Shown: one piece after another, positions 9,670 to 18,028 of the stretch
Layout of the letters: the number at the start of each line of letters is the position of its first letter
How positions within the stretch are numbered: position 1 is the stretch's first letter
Assembly: GCA_965208725.1 (NCBI GenBank)
Contig: CBDBPI010000001.1
Span: 668,687 to 732,686, forward strand
From: Dehalococcoidia bacterium
GTDB lineage: Bacteria; Chloroflexota; Dehalococcoidia; Lucifugimonadales; GCA-2712585
Length of the DNA stretch: 64,000 nt
Direction: 5' to 3'
Program-made: the position numbers and the translations under genes
The notes under the pieces: generated by a model
The model's database searches: none
Told to the model about the DNA's origin: nothing
What the model saw: the letters and a program-made list of their open reading frames with translations, nothing else

Positions 9670-10089
9670 CTAGTCAGCCCAGGGGTTGATGACTTCTATA
9701 CCGATGTTGTTGAAGCCATCAACGTCCCTCGTCGCGACCGGAACATCTTTGCACCAAGCGATTGCGGCAATCTGACAGTCTGAGTAGTTGATGGGCCGAC
9801 CGGCAGCGCGACGGTTGGCGGCGATAACTGCATAGGCCTTTGCGGCGGGGCTGTCGAAGGGGAGGATGCGAATGTGGAATTGACTCCGTAGTATATCTTC
9901 CACTACTTCAAGCAATCCATCTCGTCTCCTGCCCGCCGGGAGTATCTCAACGCCAAAGCGCAGTTCAGCCTTGGATATGGTAGTAGTGAATATAGTCGAG
10001 AGTTCCTGGCGGGCGGCCCAAATCGAAACGTTCGGATTGGGATTGGGAAGCATCAACTCTGAGACGACGTTTGTGTCAAAGATGATCAT
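9670..10089 (-). CDS. vapC: type II toxin VapC/FitB (PIN domain ribonuclease)
   Basis: 139 aa. It has the MIIFDTNVVSE start (PIN Asp), a C-terminal ATRDVDGF acidic motif, and sits 9 nt after the antitoxin gene. Confidence 0.85.
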   Translation of the reverse strand: MIIFDTNVVSELMLPNPNPNVSIWAARQELSTIFTTTISKAELRFGVEILPAGRRRDGLLEVVEDILRSQFHIRILPFDSPAAKAYAVIAANRRAAGRPINYSDCQIAAIAWCKDVPVATRDVDGFNNIGIEVINPWAD

Positions 10090-10098
10090 TAACCCGCG

Positions 10099-10368
10099 CT
10101 AGTCAAAACGAGGTGGATCGCGCATTGGCTCGCGAGGTGGGATTTCCAACTCGACGCCGCCAAAGGGCTCAACCAATTTACGAATGCCTTCCACAAATTC
10201 CTTCCCCGTCTTAGGTTTCTCCGGCGGCGGTGGAGGATCATTCTCAAGGGACGATTTGAGTATGTGGAAAGCCTCGTCTTCAATTGACCCACCATTCTTT
10301 TCGGACCGGGCGCGCAGCCGCAGGTATACATCTTCTTCTAACTTCAAACCAATGACTCTCACCATCAA
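10099..10368 (-). CDS. vapB: type II antitoxin, FitA/VapB-like (ribbon-helix-helix)
   Basis: 89 aa with an RVIGLKLEEDVYLRLRARSEKNGGSIEDEAFHILKSSL RHH-like N-terminus, upstream of vapC. Confidence 0.7.
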   Translation of the reverse strand: MMVRVIGLKLEEDVYLRLRARSEKNGGSIEDEAFHILKSSLENDPPPPPEKPKTGKEFVEGIRKLVEPFGGVELEIPPREPMRDPPRFD

Positions 10369-10446
10369 TACACCTCCATTCGAAGGGTAGAGCGATCATA
10401 GCACAAATGGTGATATAACGCTAATTTGTGCTTTTAATCAAAGATG

Positions 10447-11091
10447 TCAGGGGGCGGTGGCTTTGAAGACCCAAAGCTGATGGAAGACTTCGGGCTCGCC
10501 CTTAGGGAGGGCTTGCAAAGGCTCTCCCAGCTTCTCCAGTTTCCAGCGTCCAGCGGTCTCCAATTTCTCCCGCACTTCCCTGAATCCGGCGGTCTCGTAT
10601 AGATCGGGGCGGAGGGTGAAGATGACGTGACCGCCGGGTCTCGTCACGCGGACCATTTCTTCCAGAGACCGGGCGGGGGCGTGGCCCAGGGTCAACACTC
10701 CGATGCTGACGACGGCGTCGAATCGGTCATCGGGAAAGTCCAGCCGTTCCCCGAGGACCATGCGACGCAGTTCGCGATAGACGCCCTTCGAGCGGGCTTC
10801 CTCCAACATGCCGGGGGACATATCTATAGCGGTCAGGTCCCGGTATCCTTCGTCCGACAGCGCCTTGCCCACCAGCCCAGTCCCGGCGCCGGCGTCTAGG
10901 ATTCGGGCGTCGGGGCACACGTACTGTTTGCAAGCCTCAACGGCGAGGGCGGGGCCCAACCATCCGAAGTCCTTGTCCAGGTCCTCGTCGTAGTTCTTGG
11001 CCCAGCTGTTGTAGCGCTCCTCCAACTCCCGGTTGTTGCGGGCGCCATACACCCATTGGACCAGGTTCTGTTCACTGTCCGCGTTTGGCAT
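10447..11091 (-). CDS. class I SAM-dependent methyltransferase
   Basis: 214 aa with ILDAGAGTGLVG (motif I) and DAVVSIGVL. Confidence 0.8.
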   Translation of the reverse strand: MPNADSEQNLVQWVYGARNNRELEERYNSWAKNYDEDLDKDFGWLGPALAVEACKQYVCPDARILDAGAGTGLVGKALSDEGYRDLTAIDMSPGMLEEARSKGVYRELRRMVLGERLDFPDDRFDAVVSIGVLTLGHAPARSLEEMVRVTRPGGHVIFTLRPDLYETAGFREVREKLETAGRWKLEKLGEPLQALPKGEPEVFHQLWVFKATAP

Positions 11092-11183
11092 TCCTAATTC
11101 TCATCCTTCCCTTTTGTGACTGCCGGCCAGCTGATTGTGGACTTGAGCCAACCAAGCGTCTCGAGGTGTACACGTCGCCCAAG

Positions 11184-11212
11184 TTGACCGGCCCAATAGC
11201 CAATGCTAGCAT
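11184..11212 (+). promoter_or_regulatory. sigma70-like promoter (TTGACC-N17-TAGCAT) for the aminotransferase gene
   Basis: The hexamers at 11184..11189 and 11207..11212 lie 40 nt upstream of the ATG at 11252, which has a GGAGGGG RBS. Confidence 0.4.
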
Positions 11213-11251
11213 GAATCGTCGAATCACGGCGGAATCTATATTGGAGGGGAT

Positions 11252-12484
11252 ATGACCTCAGGCACGACGTTTGACTACAGCGAAATTTTTGCGAAGGGGC
11301 TGCCGACCGCGATTGCTTCCGGCGACATTGTGCAGCCGAAGTACAACTTCATTCTGGGACACACCAACTCGGAGACGATTCCAGTGGAAGGACTGATTGA
11401 GGCCACCGCGGCGGCCATGCGGAAGGACGGGCCGGGGTTGTCCATCAACCTGCACAACGGTGGACTGCTGGGATACCTTCCTCTGCGGGAGTTCCTGGTA
11501 CACAAGCTATCCAGCTATCGAGGCGTGGACGTGACGGTGGACGACATTCTGATCACTTCCGGCTCACAGACGGCTGCCGTTCTGATCAATACGGCGCTGC
11601 TGGAAGCGGGCGATACGGTCATTGCGGAGCAGTGGTCTTACGTGGGAATGCTGGGGGACTTCCGCGCGCGAGGAGTGAACATCGTGGGGGTGCCGGTGGA
11701 CGAAGACGGGATGCGGACAGACGCCCTGGCGGACACACTTGCGGAGTTGCAGGATGAGGGAGTCCGGCCCAAGTATATCTACACCATTCCAACGGTGCAG
11801 AATCCAACGGGGGCCATCATGCCCGTTGCGCGTCGGCAGGAGATGCTGCGGCTGAGCGAAGAATACGGGGTGCCGATTCTGGAAGACGACTGCTACGCCG
11901 ATTTGGTCTACGAAGGGGAGTCGGTGAACGCCATACGCTCGATGGACGACTCAGACCGGGTGATACACATGGGGTCCTTCTCCAAGAATCTGGCGCCGGG
12001 GATGAGGTTGGGGTACGTGGTGGCGTCCTGGCAGATTCTGGGGCAGCTTCTGCCCCTGAAGGGGGACATCGGGACTTCCAACTTCGGGCAGATGGTGACG
12101 GCGGAGTTCTTCAACAACCACTACGAGGAGCACGTGGAGACGCTCCGAACCGCGCTGCGGAGGAAGCGGGACACGATGACGGCCGCCATCAGTGAACATT
12201 TCGGCCCGATGGTGAAGCCGAATCATCCACGGGGAGGCATCTACCTGTGGGTGACGTTCCCCGAAGACGTGGACACTCGGAAGGCGCTGGCTGCCGCGCG
12301 AGAGATGGGCATCGGATACAACCCGGGATCTGACTGGGCGGTCTACCCTGACGACGACGAACGAAACGGCAACAACTGCATCCGATTCTGCTACGCGCTG
12401 CCGACGGAGGAGGAGATCTGGGAGGGGATTGATCTGCTGGCGCAGGTTTTCCAACGGGAGTTGGGATTCCCTAAGGAAGGGTAG
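11252..12484 (+). CDS. PLP-dependent aminotransferase (class I/II, 2-aminoadipate/MocR-core-like)
   Basis: 410 aa with YIYTIPTVQNPTG and the SFSKNLAPGMRLGY PLP-lysine motif. Confidence 0.85.
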   Translation: MTSGTTFDYSEIFAKGLPTAIASGDIVQPKYNFILGHTNSETIPVEGLIEATAAAMRKDGPGLSINLHNGGLLGYLPLREFLVHKLSSYRGVDVTVDDILITSGSQTAAVLINTALLEAGDTVIAEQWSYVGMLGDFRARGVNIVGVPVDEDGMRTDALADTLAELQDEGVRPKYIYTIPTVQNPTGAIMPVARRQEMLRLSEEYGVPILEDDCYADLVYEGESVNAIRSMDDSDRVIHMGSFSKNLAPGMRLGYVVASWQILGQLLPLKGDIGTSNFGQMVTAEFFNNHYEEHVETLRTALRRKRDTMTAAISEHFGPMVKPNHPRGGIYLWVTFPEDVDTRKALAAAREMGIGYNPGSDWAVYPDDDERNGNNCIRFCYALPTEEEIWEGIDLLAQVFQRELGFPKEG

Positions 12485-12487
12485 TCG

Positions 12488-13273
12488 ATGGACGCACAGG
12501 AACGGCTGGCGGAGCTGCTTTACCAAGCCTCAAGGGATGGCAGCTTGGTGCCGCGGTCTGAAGGAGACTGCCTGAAGTCGGTAGAGACGGCGTACAACGT
12601 CCAGCAGATAGCGTCAGGGACGGCGGGGCTGTCCAGATTCGGCTGGAAGGTTGGGGCGACAAGCGTTGAGCCTCAACGGCTGTTGGGAGCGAAGGAGCCG
12701 GCGACGGCGCCGATGTTTAAGCCCAACTGCATGACCAGCCCGGCGACAGTGGCAGTCTTTGCCAATCAATCGCCATGCGTCGAAGGGGAGTTTGCTTTCA
12801 GGTTCTCCGGTTCTATGCCACCACGCGACGACGCGTATACGATGGAACAGGTGCTGGATGCCGTTGAGTCGGTACTGCCCGCTATAGAGGTGGTGGGATG
12901 CAGGTTCGAGGGAGGGTTCGACGGACTGGGGGCGCTGCGGCTGGTGGCAGACGCAACCGCACACACGGCGTTCGTGGTGGGGAGTCCGTCAACGGGATGG
13001 CGCAGCATGGACTTGAACTCTCACCGGGCCGCGATGTTTCGAAACGGTGAAAAGATTTCGGAAGGCACGGGAGCCAACGTCCTGGACGGGCCGCTTTCCG
13101 TGCTGCTCTGGACGGCTAATCACCTGTCGCGGCTCGGCGACAGCATAGAGGCGGGCGAGGTAGTCACCACCGGGACTTGCACGGGGATAACGCCCGTAAG
13201 CCCCGGCGACGTTGCAGTTGCGGACTTCGGCAGCCTGGGCAAGGTGGAGCTAAGGATAGAATCTCGTTCTTAG
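12488..13273 (+). CDS. 2-keto-4-pentenoate hydratase / fumarylacetoacetate hydrolase-family hydratase
   Basis: 261 aa with GWKVGATS, EGEFAF and the GEVVTTGTCTG motif of the MhpD/HpcG type. Confidence 0.7.
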   Translation: MDAQERLAELLYQASRDGSLVPRSEGDCLKSVETAYNVQQIASGTAGLSRFGWKVGATSVEPQRLLGAKEPATAPMFKPNCMTSPATVAVFANQSPCVEGEFAFRFSGSMPPRDDAYTMEQVLDAVESVLPAIEVVGCRFEGGFDGLGALRLVADATAHTAFVVGSPSTGWRSMDLNSHRAAMFRNGEKISEGTGANVLDGPLSVLLWTANHLSRLGDSIEAGEVVTTGTCTGITPVSPGDVAVADFGSLGKVELRIESRS

Positions 13274-13283
13274 CGGCTGGGCT

Positions 13284-14411
13284 CTAGGTCAGGTTGTAGA
13301 GCCTGGCCGCGTTGCCGCCGACAATCAGCGCCTTCTCGTCTTCCGGCACGCCTTCCAGAATCTCATCCAGAATCCGCTGGGACTCGGGGAAGGTGGACTC
13401 GGCATGGGGGTAGTCGGAGCCCCATAGCAGGTTATTCACTCCGATGATGTCCCGGTCACGGACGCCAAGGCCATCCTCCTGGAAGCTGTGGTAGACGTTG
13501 CTGCGCATGAAGTCACTGGGCAGCACCTCGCCCTTGTAACGGTAGGGCGCCTGAGTGACACGCTCTATGTAGGTGACGTCCAACCGATTGTAGAAGAAGG
13601 GAATCCACGCCAGGTCGTGCTCAACCTCGACAACGTTCAGCTTCGGGAAACGCTCGAAGATGCCGCAGAGCACCATCTGAGCCAGGGACATCCTCACCCA
13701 ATATTCGGCGTTGACCCGATTTGCTCCCGATTGGCCGACTCCACTGACGGTAACGTTCTTGGCAACGGAAGGGCGCTCGGTGCTGGTGTGGAGGCTCAGG
13801 GGGATGTCCAACTCCTGAGCTTCTGCCCAGAAGGGATCATACATAGGATGATCGTAGGCGTGCTCCGGCTTGGGGTACACGCTGATCATCGCCCCAGCGA
13901 AACCGGAGTCCCTGGCTGTCCGCAAGTCGGCGATTCCCTCCTCGATCTCGTCGTCCAGCAGCACCATGGCGATGCCTTTCAGCTTGTCCGGATAGAAGGA
14001 GCAGAACTCTGACAACCACTGGTTGTAGGCGGCAAAGATGTCACGCAGGATGCCCGTATCGGCGACACCGAACATCTCCAAGCCGATGGAAGGATAGAGG
14101 ATATTGGCGTGAACGCCGTCCAGTTTCATATCCCGCACGTGGGCGTGGGGATCGTAGGCGCCGAGGAGGATGTCAGCCATTCTTCCCTCACGCTTGATGT
14201 CGCCGGGGCGCTCGAAGCGCATGCCGGCGGAGGCGCCGAAGCTGCCAAGGACTCCCATGCGCTTGTGGTCTGAGTACCAGTAGTCGTTTTCGTCTTCATG
14301 GACCAAGTGGGGAATGCGGTCGCCGTACTTTGCGGCGTCCATCCTATCGACGAAAAGATCGGGGGGTTCGACGATGTGGGAATCTGAGGAAATAATAGTT
14401 TTCTCGCTCAC
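13284..14411 (-). CDS. amidohydrolase-2 family metal-dependent hydrolase/decarboxylase (ACMSD-like)
   Basis: 375 aa with IISSDSHIVEP (HxH-type metal site), LHTS, EHDLAWIP and LWGSDYPH. Confidence 0.8.
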   Translation of the reverse strand: MSEKTIISSDSHIVEPPDLFVDRMDAAKYGDRIPHLVHEDENDYWYSDHKRMGVLGSFGASAGMRFERPGDIKREGRMADILLGAYDPHAHVRDMKLDGVHANILYPSIGLEMFGVADTGILRDIFAAYNQWLSEFCSFYPDKLKGIAMVLLDDEIEEGIADLRTARDSGFAGAMISVYPKPEHAYDHPMYDPFWAEAQELDIPLSLHTSTERPSVAKNVTVSGVGQSGANRVNAEYWVRMSLAQMVLCGIFERFPKLNVVEVEHDLAWIPFFYNRLDVTYIERVTQAPYRYKGEVLPSDFMRSNVYHSFQEDGLGVRDRDIIGVNNLLWGSDYPHAESTFPESQRILDEILEGVPEDEKALIVGGNAARLYNLT

Positions 14412-14483
14412 GTTATCTTCTCCGAAAGGTGTTGATGCGCGGGGAGATGTGCTGTCGGCCCGCCAAACCTAAGGGTTTCGCAA

Positions 14484-14512
14484 ATTCTAAACCCATCCTT
14501 GGGCAAATTCAA
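14484..14512 (-). promoter_or_regulatory. sigma70-like promoter (TTGAAT-N17-TAGAAT) for the amidohydrolase gene
   Basis: The minus strand carries TTGAAT at 14512..14507 and TAGAAT at 14489..14484. Confidence 0.4.
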
Positions 14513-14565
14513 CGAGGTTGGGCGAGATGCAATGATTCGTGAAGGGTGCATCGGGAGAAACTTGC

Positions 14566-14574
14566 TGGTAGAAT
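14566..14574 (+). promoter_or_regulatory. extended -10 (TGgTAGAAT) upstream of the 14608 gene
   Basis: TGGTAGAAT at 14566..14574 is followed by an AAAGGAGAG RBS and the ATG at 14608. It is divergent from the amidohydrolase promoter. Confidence 0.35.
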
Positions 14575-14607
14575 TACCGAACAGCCTTTCAGTCAAAGGA
14601 GAGCGGC

Positions 14608-15351
14608 ATGGGCCTAACGGAAGAACATGGCAAAGTCGCACTTCCCATAGCGGAGGTGGAGGCCCGCATGTCCACGCTGAAGCACGACGCGCGAGAATAT
14701 GAGTTTCGCTACGAACTCAGTTCGGACAAGATGAGAGAACGACTGGACAAGGGGAAGGAGCGCAAGACAAAGGACGTTCTCACCTGGATGTCGATATTCG
14801 ACGCTCTGCAAAGGCTGAAGTCAGAATATCCCCACGTCAACGTCAAGACCCCCACTCCCGCCATCGAGCGGGGACTGGACCCGGACGGGGAAATAGCAGT
14901 CGATGAAGATTTTGCGAGCCGGGCAAGGCGCAGCATAGCGAAGTTTGAATCTATCTACGAAATGGAATCTCAAGAGATGCTGGAGCTTCTGAGCGATTTC
15001 AAGATGAGGGAGACTGCCGAGTTAATCGAGTGGATGTTTGATTACAAGGCGCTTCGCCGCATTGAAGAGGCACCGCGTGACAGTGAAGGAAACATCATCA
15101 GAAGAGAGGCAACCGAAGCCGAAATAGAGGAGTCCATAGCCGAGTTCAAGGGTAGAGTCGAGGACCACGAAACACGCTTCAGCATGAGCTCCGAGGCGAT
15201 GTTAGATCTGGTCGCCAACGGCCAAATTTCAGAAACTGTCGAGATTGCTGAATGGAAGCTCGATTTGCGAGAGATAGAAGTGCTAGAGGAAGAGATCCGC
15301 ACAGCTGGCAGACCTGGGACCGCTATCGAACAGTTCACGAAGTTAGACTAA
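14608..15351 (+). CDS. acidic hypothetical protein built from three copies of a ~50-aa helical module
   Basis: 247 aa with good RBS and promoter. The repeats are ...REYEFRYELSSDKMRERLDKG...DVLTWMSIF, ...IAKFESIYEMESQEMLELLSD..ETAELIEWMFDY and ...IAEFKGRVEDHETRFSMSSEAMLDLVANG.ISETVEIAEWKLDL. Confidence 0.6.
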   Translation: MGLTEEHGKVALPIAEVEARMSTLKHDAREYEFRYELSSDKMRERLDKGKERKTKDVLTWMSIFDALQRLKSEYPHVNVKTPTPAIERGLDPDGEIAVDEDFASRARRSIAKFESIYEMESQEMLELLSDFKMRETAELIEWMFDYKALRRIEEAPRDSEGNIIRREATEAEIEESIAEFKGRVEDHETRFSMSSEAMLDLVANGQISETVEIAEWKLDLREIEVLEEEIRTAGRPGTAIEQFTKLD

Positions 15352-15728
15352 GGAATCATCCTTTCGTCGATTGGTCAAAGGAGCAACCTCTCGGCTTTGA
15401 AGAACAGGGCGAATCAATTTGGCTGTTGGGACGCATTTATTGCCTTCACGACGTCATCATAGATGTGGAAAAGGAGCTTGAAACCCAAACTTCGGGAAGG
15501 TTGTTACAGGTAAGGGGACTAAAATACCGCTATGTCGCTTGGGTTCGAGACCACCACTCCATTCTCCGCTACCACAACACCCACTTGCATGACGATGATT
15601 ACCACCATCGGGTGTTCGACTGGCGGACGGGGGAGGAAATTCTATACGAAACCCTGGAGCGCCATCAGTTTCCCACTTTTTCGGAGGTGTTGGACGAGGT
15701 GCAGGCGGCGTATCTGGCCTTCGAGTAG
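15252..15728 (+). CDS. DUF6516/TumE-like protein (start codon unresolved)
   Basis: The C-terminal ~120 aa read ...GLKYRYVAWVRDHHSILRYHNTHLHDDDYHHRVFDWRTGEE...FSEVLDEVQ. This matches my recollection of the DUF6516 signature (Y-x-Y ... RYDN-x-H ... HH-x-H). The only ATG (15252) overlaps the upstream gene by 100 nt, and there is no canonical start after 15351. Confidence 0.45.
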   Translation: MEARFARDRSARGRDPHSWQTWDRYRTVHEVRLRNHPFVDWSKEQPLGFEEQGESIWLLGRIYCLHDVIIDVEKELETQTSGRLLQVRGLKYRYVAWVRDHHSILRYHNTHLHDDDYHHRVFDWRTGEEILYETLERHQFPTFSEVLDEVQAAYLAFE

Positions 15729-15741
15729 CGGCGGCCGCTGG

Positions 15742-17493
15742 CTATGGCGCTTTTGCTTCCCCTGACAAGTCTTCCAACAAGATAGAAACGTCTCTCGCGC
15801 CCATGTTTCCTTTGTCTCGGCTTCGGACTGAGGCCGTTCCGGCATCGGCTTCTCTGTCGCCGACTACGAGCATGTAGGGGATTTTGCGAAGCTGGGCCTC
15901 GCGGATTTTGAGGTTCATCCGCTCGTTTCTCCCGTCAACTTCCACCCTTAGGCCCCGGCCTCTGAGCTTGGAGGCGACGTCTTCAGCGTAGTCGACGTGG
16001 CGGTCCGCAATGGGGATAACCATCGTCTGGACGGGGGCGAGCCACAGGGGAAAGGCGCCGCCGTAGTGCTCGATGAGGACACCCATGAAGCGTTCGATGG
16101 CACCCAGCATGGCCCTGTGCAGGACAACGGGCCGCTGGTGGGAGCCGTCTTCGGCCACGTATTCGAGGTCGAAGCGCTCGGGCAGTGAGAAGTCCAGCTG
16201 GATGGTGCCCAACTGCCACTCTCGACCCAGAGCGTCGGGAACGAAGAAGTCGATTTTCGGGCCATAGAAAGCCCCTTCGCCCGGCTCCGGCCTGTAGTCC
16301 AAGCCGCTTTCCGCCAGAACGTCGGTCAGCGCCGCTTCCGATCTGTCCCACGTTTCGTCGGAGCCGATTCGCTTCTCAGGGCGCAGTGAGAGGACGACAG
16401 TGGGGGCATTGAAGCCAAAGGCGCGGTAGGACTCCGTCAACATGCTGATGAACCCCTGCACCTCTTGGGCAATCTGGTCCTGGGTGCAGAAGATGTGGGC
16501 GTCGTCCTGGGAGAAGGAACGGACGCGGGTGAGCCCGTGAGTGACGCCGGAGCGTTCAAAGCGGTGAAGCCGTCCGAAGTCGGCCAGACGCAGAGGAAGT
16601 TCCCTGTAGGAGTGGAGGCGGGAGGCGTAGATGAGGGCGTGGGCGGGACAGTTCATGGGCTTGACGCCATACTCCCGCTCACCCACGTCGATGAGGTACA
16701 TGTTCTCCAGGTAGTTCTGGTAGTGGCCGGAACGTTTCCAGAGGTCCGTAGAGAAGATCTCCGGGGTGATGACCTCCTGATAACCGTACCTCTTATACAG
16801 TCCCCGGACGTAGTCGACGAGCATCGTGTATAGTTCTGCGCCTTTGGGGAGGAAGAAGGGACTGGCCGGAGCGAGGGGGTCGAAGATAAAAAGTTCCAGC
16901 TCCCTGCCCAGCCGACGATGGTCTCGCTTTTCGGCCTCCTCCAGCCGCTTCAAGTGCTGCCTGAGGGCCTTGCGGTTTTCGAAGGCAGTACCGTAGATGC
17001 GCTGCAGCATGGGGCGGTCTTCCCTGCCCCGCCAGTAGGCGCCGGCGACGGAGAGCAACTTGAAGGCGGGGATTTTTCCCGTGGAAGGCACGTGGGGACC
17101 CTGGCACAGATCGGTGAACCCGTCGTGGGTGTAGGTGGTCAGTTCCTCGTCGTCGGGGATTTCGTCGATGAGTTCCAGCTTGTAGGGCTGGTCCTGGTTG
17201 AGACGCTTTATTTCATCCCGCTCGTGGGAGTGAAGGACGAATGGGAGGTCCTGGGCGATGGTGTCATCCATGATGGCCGTTATTTTCTCCAGGTCCTCGG
17301 GTGTGAAGGGGCGCGAGACCTCCAGGTCATAGTAGAAGCCGTCTTCGGTGGGAGGGCCTATGCCCAGCTTGGCCTCGGGGAACAGGCGGGTTACGGCGTC
17401 GGCCATCAGATGGGCTGCGGAGTGGCGGATGCGCTCCCGCAGTTCCTGTATGCTCTGACCAGAACCCGCCGGTTTTTCGTCAATCTTTGCCAT
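15742..17493 (-). CDS. thrS: threonyl-tRNA synthetase (short form without N-terminal TGS domain)
   Basis: 583 aa. It has the IRHSAAHLMADA editing-domain HxxxH, class II motifs (FRxE-like HRFERSG, GAFYGPKID) and an anticodon-binding C-terminus. Confidence 0.92.
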   Translation of the reverse strand: MAKIDEKPAGSGQSIQELRERIRHSAAHLMADAVTRLFPEAKLGIGPPTEDGFYYDLEVSRPFTPEDLEKITAIMDDTIAQDLPFVLHSHERDEIKRLNQDQPYKLELIDEIPDDEELTTYTHDGFTDLCQGPHVPSTGKIPAFKLLSVAGAYWRGREDRPMLQRIYGTAFENRKALRQHLKRLEEAEKRDHRRLGRELELFIFDPLAPASPFFLPKGAELYTMLVDYVRGLYKRYGYQEVITPEIFSTDLWKRSGHYQNYLENMYLIDVGEREYGVKPMNCPAHALIYASRLHSYRELPLRLADFGRLHRFERSGVTHGLTRVRSFSQDDAHIFCTQDQIAQEVQGFISMLTESYRAFGFNAPTVVLSLRPEKRIGSDETWDRSEAALTDVLAESGLDYRPEPGEGAFYGPKIDFFVPDALGREWQLGTIQLDFSLPERFDLEYVAEDGSHQRPVVLHRAMLGAIERFMGVLIEHYGGAFPLWLAPVQTMVIPIADRHVDYAEDVASKLRGRGLRVEVDGRNERMNLKIREAQLRKIPYMLVVGDREADAGTASVRSRDKGNMGARDVSILLEDLSGEAKAP

Positions 17494-17579
17494 GGTCTTC
17501 CTTAATTGCGATATTTGGCATAGAAGTATAAGACATGGGACAAGCGGGCTACAACGAAGGGGATGACGTCGGGGCTTCG

Positions 17580-17608
17580 TTGACAGGGTTTAACCCTGTG
17601 TCTAGAGT
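17580..17608 (+). promoter_or_regulatory. sigma70-like promoter (TTGACA-N17-TAGAGT) for the VOC gene
   Basis: Hexamers at 17580..17585 and 17603..17608. The ATG at 17644 is preceded by GGAAGGAAGG. Confidence 0.45.
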
Positions 17609-17643
17609 AGGCCCCATTCGTGGAATCGGAAGGAAGGCGCGCA

Positions 17644-18027
17644 ATGACGACCAACGCCCCGACAATCAAGCTGAATCACGTGAACCACGTGGTGTACCTG
17701 GTGAAGGATACACAGAGGAGCATGGAGTTCTATCATGATTTCCTGGGAATCAAGCAGATTCCCAGCCAGGTGGACAAGCCCAACATCACGTGGCTTCAGC
17801 TGCCCAGCGGGGTGATGCTTCACCTGATCGAGACTGAGGACGCCCCCTGTCCGGAAGAGAGCCACGTAGCCTTCGAGGTGGAGGACTTCGACTCCGCCAT
17901 GGAGGCGGTGAACGCGAAGGGGCTGAGCATCAGCCGGAGCGGGGTGCGGAACGACGGGCAGCGTTTTCTGTTCACCAACGACCCGGACGGCAACAAGGTG
18001 GAGCTGTGCACGAAGTCTGGCTTCTAG
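17644..18027 (+). CDS. VOC/glyoxalase-family protein
   Basis: Has LNHVNHVVYLVKD...FYHDFLG...HVAFEVEDF...DPDGNKVEL, a typical paired beta-alpha-beta-beta-beta metal-site pattern. Start taken at the ATG after the RBS. Confidence 0.8.
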   Translation: MTTNAPTIKLNHVNHVVYLVKDTQRSMEFYHDFLGIKQIPSQVDKPNITWLQLPSGVMLHLIETEDAPCPEESHVAFEVEDFDSAMEAVNAKGLSISRSGVRNDGQRFLFTNDPDGNKVELCTKSGF

Positions 18028-18028
18028 G

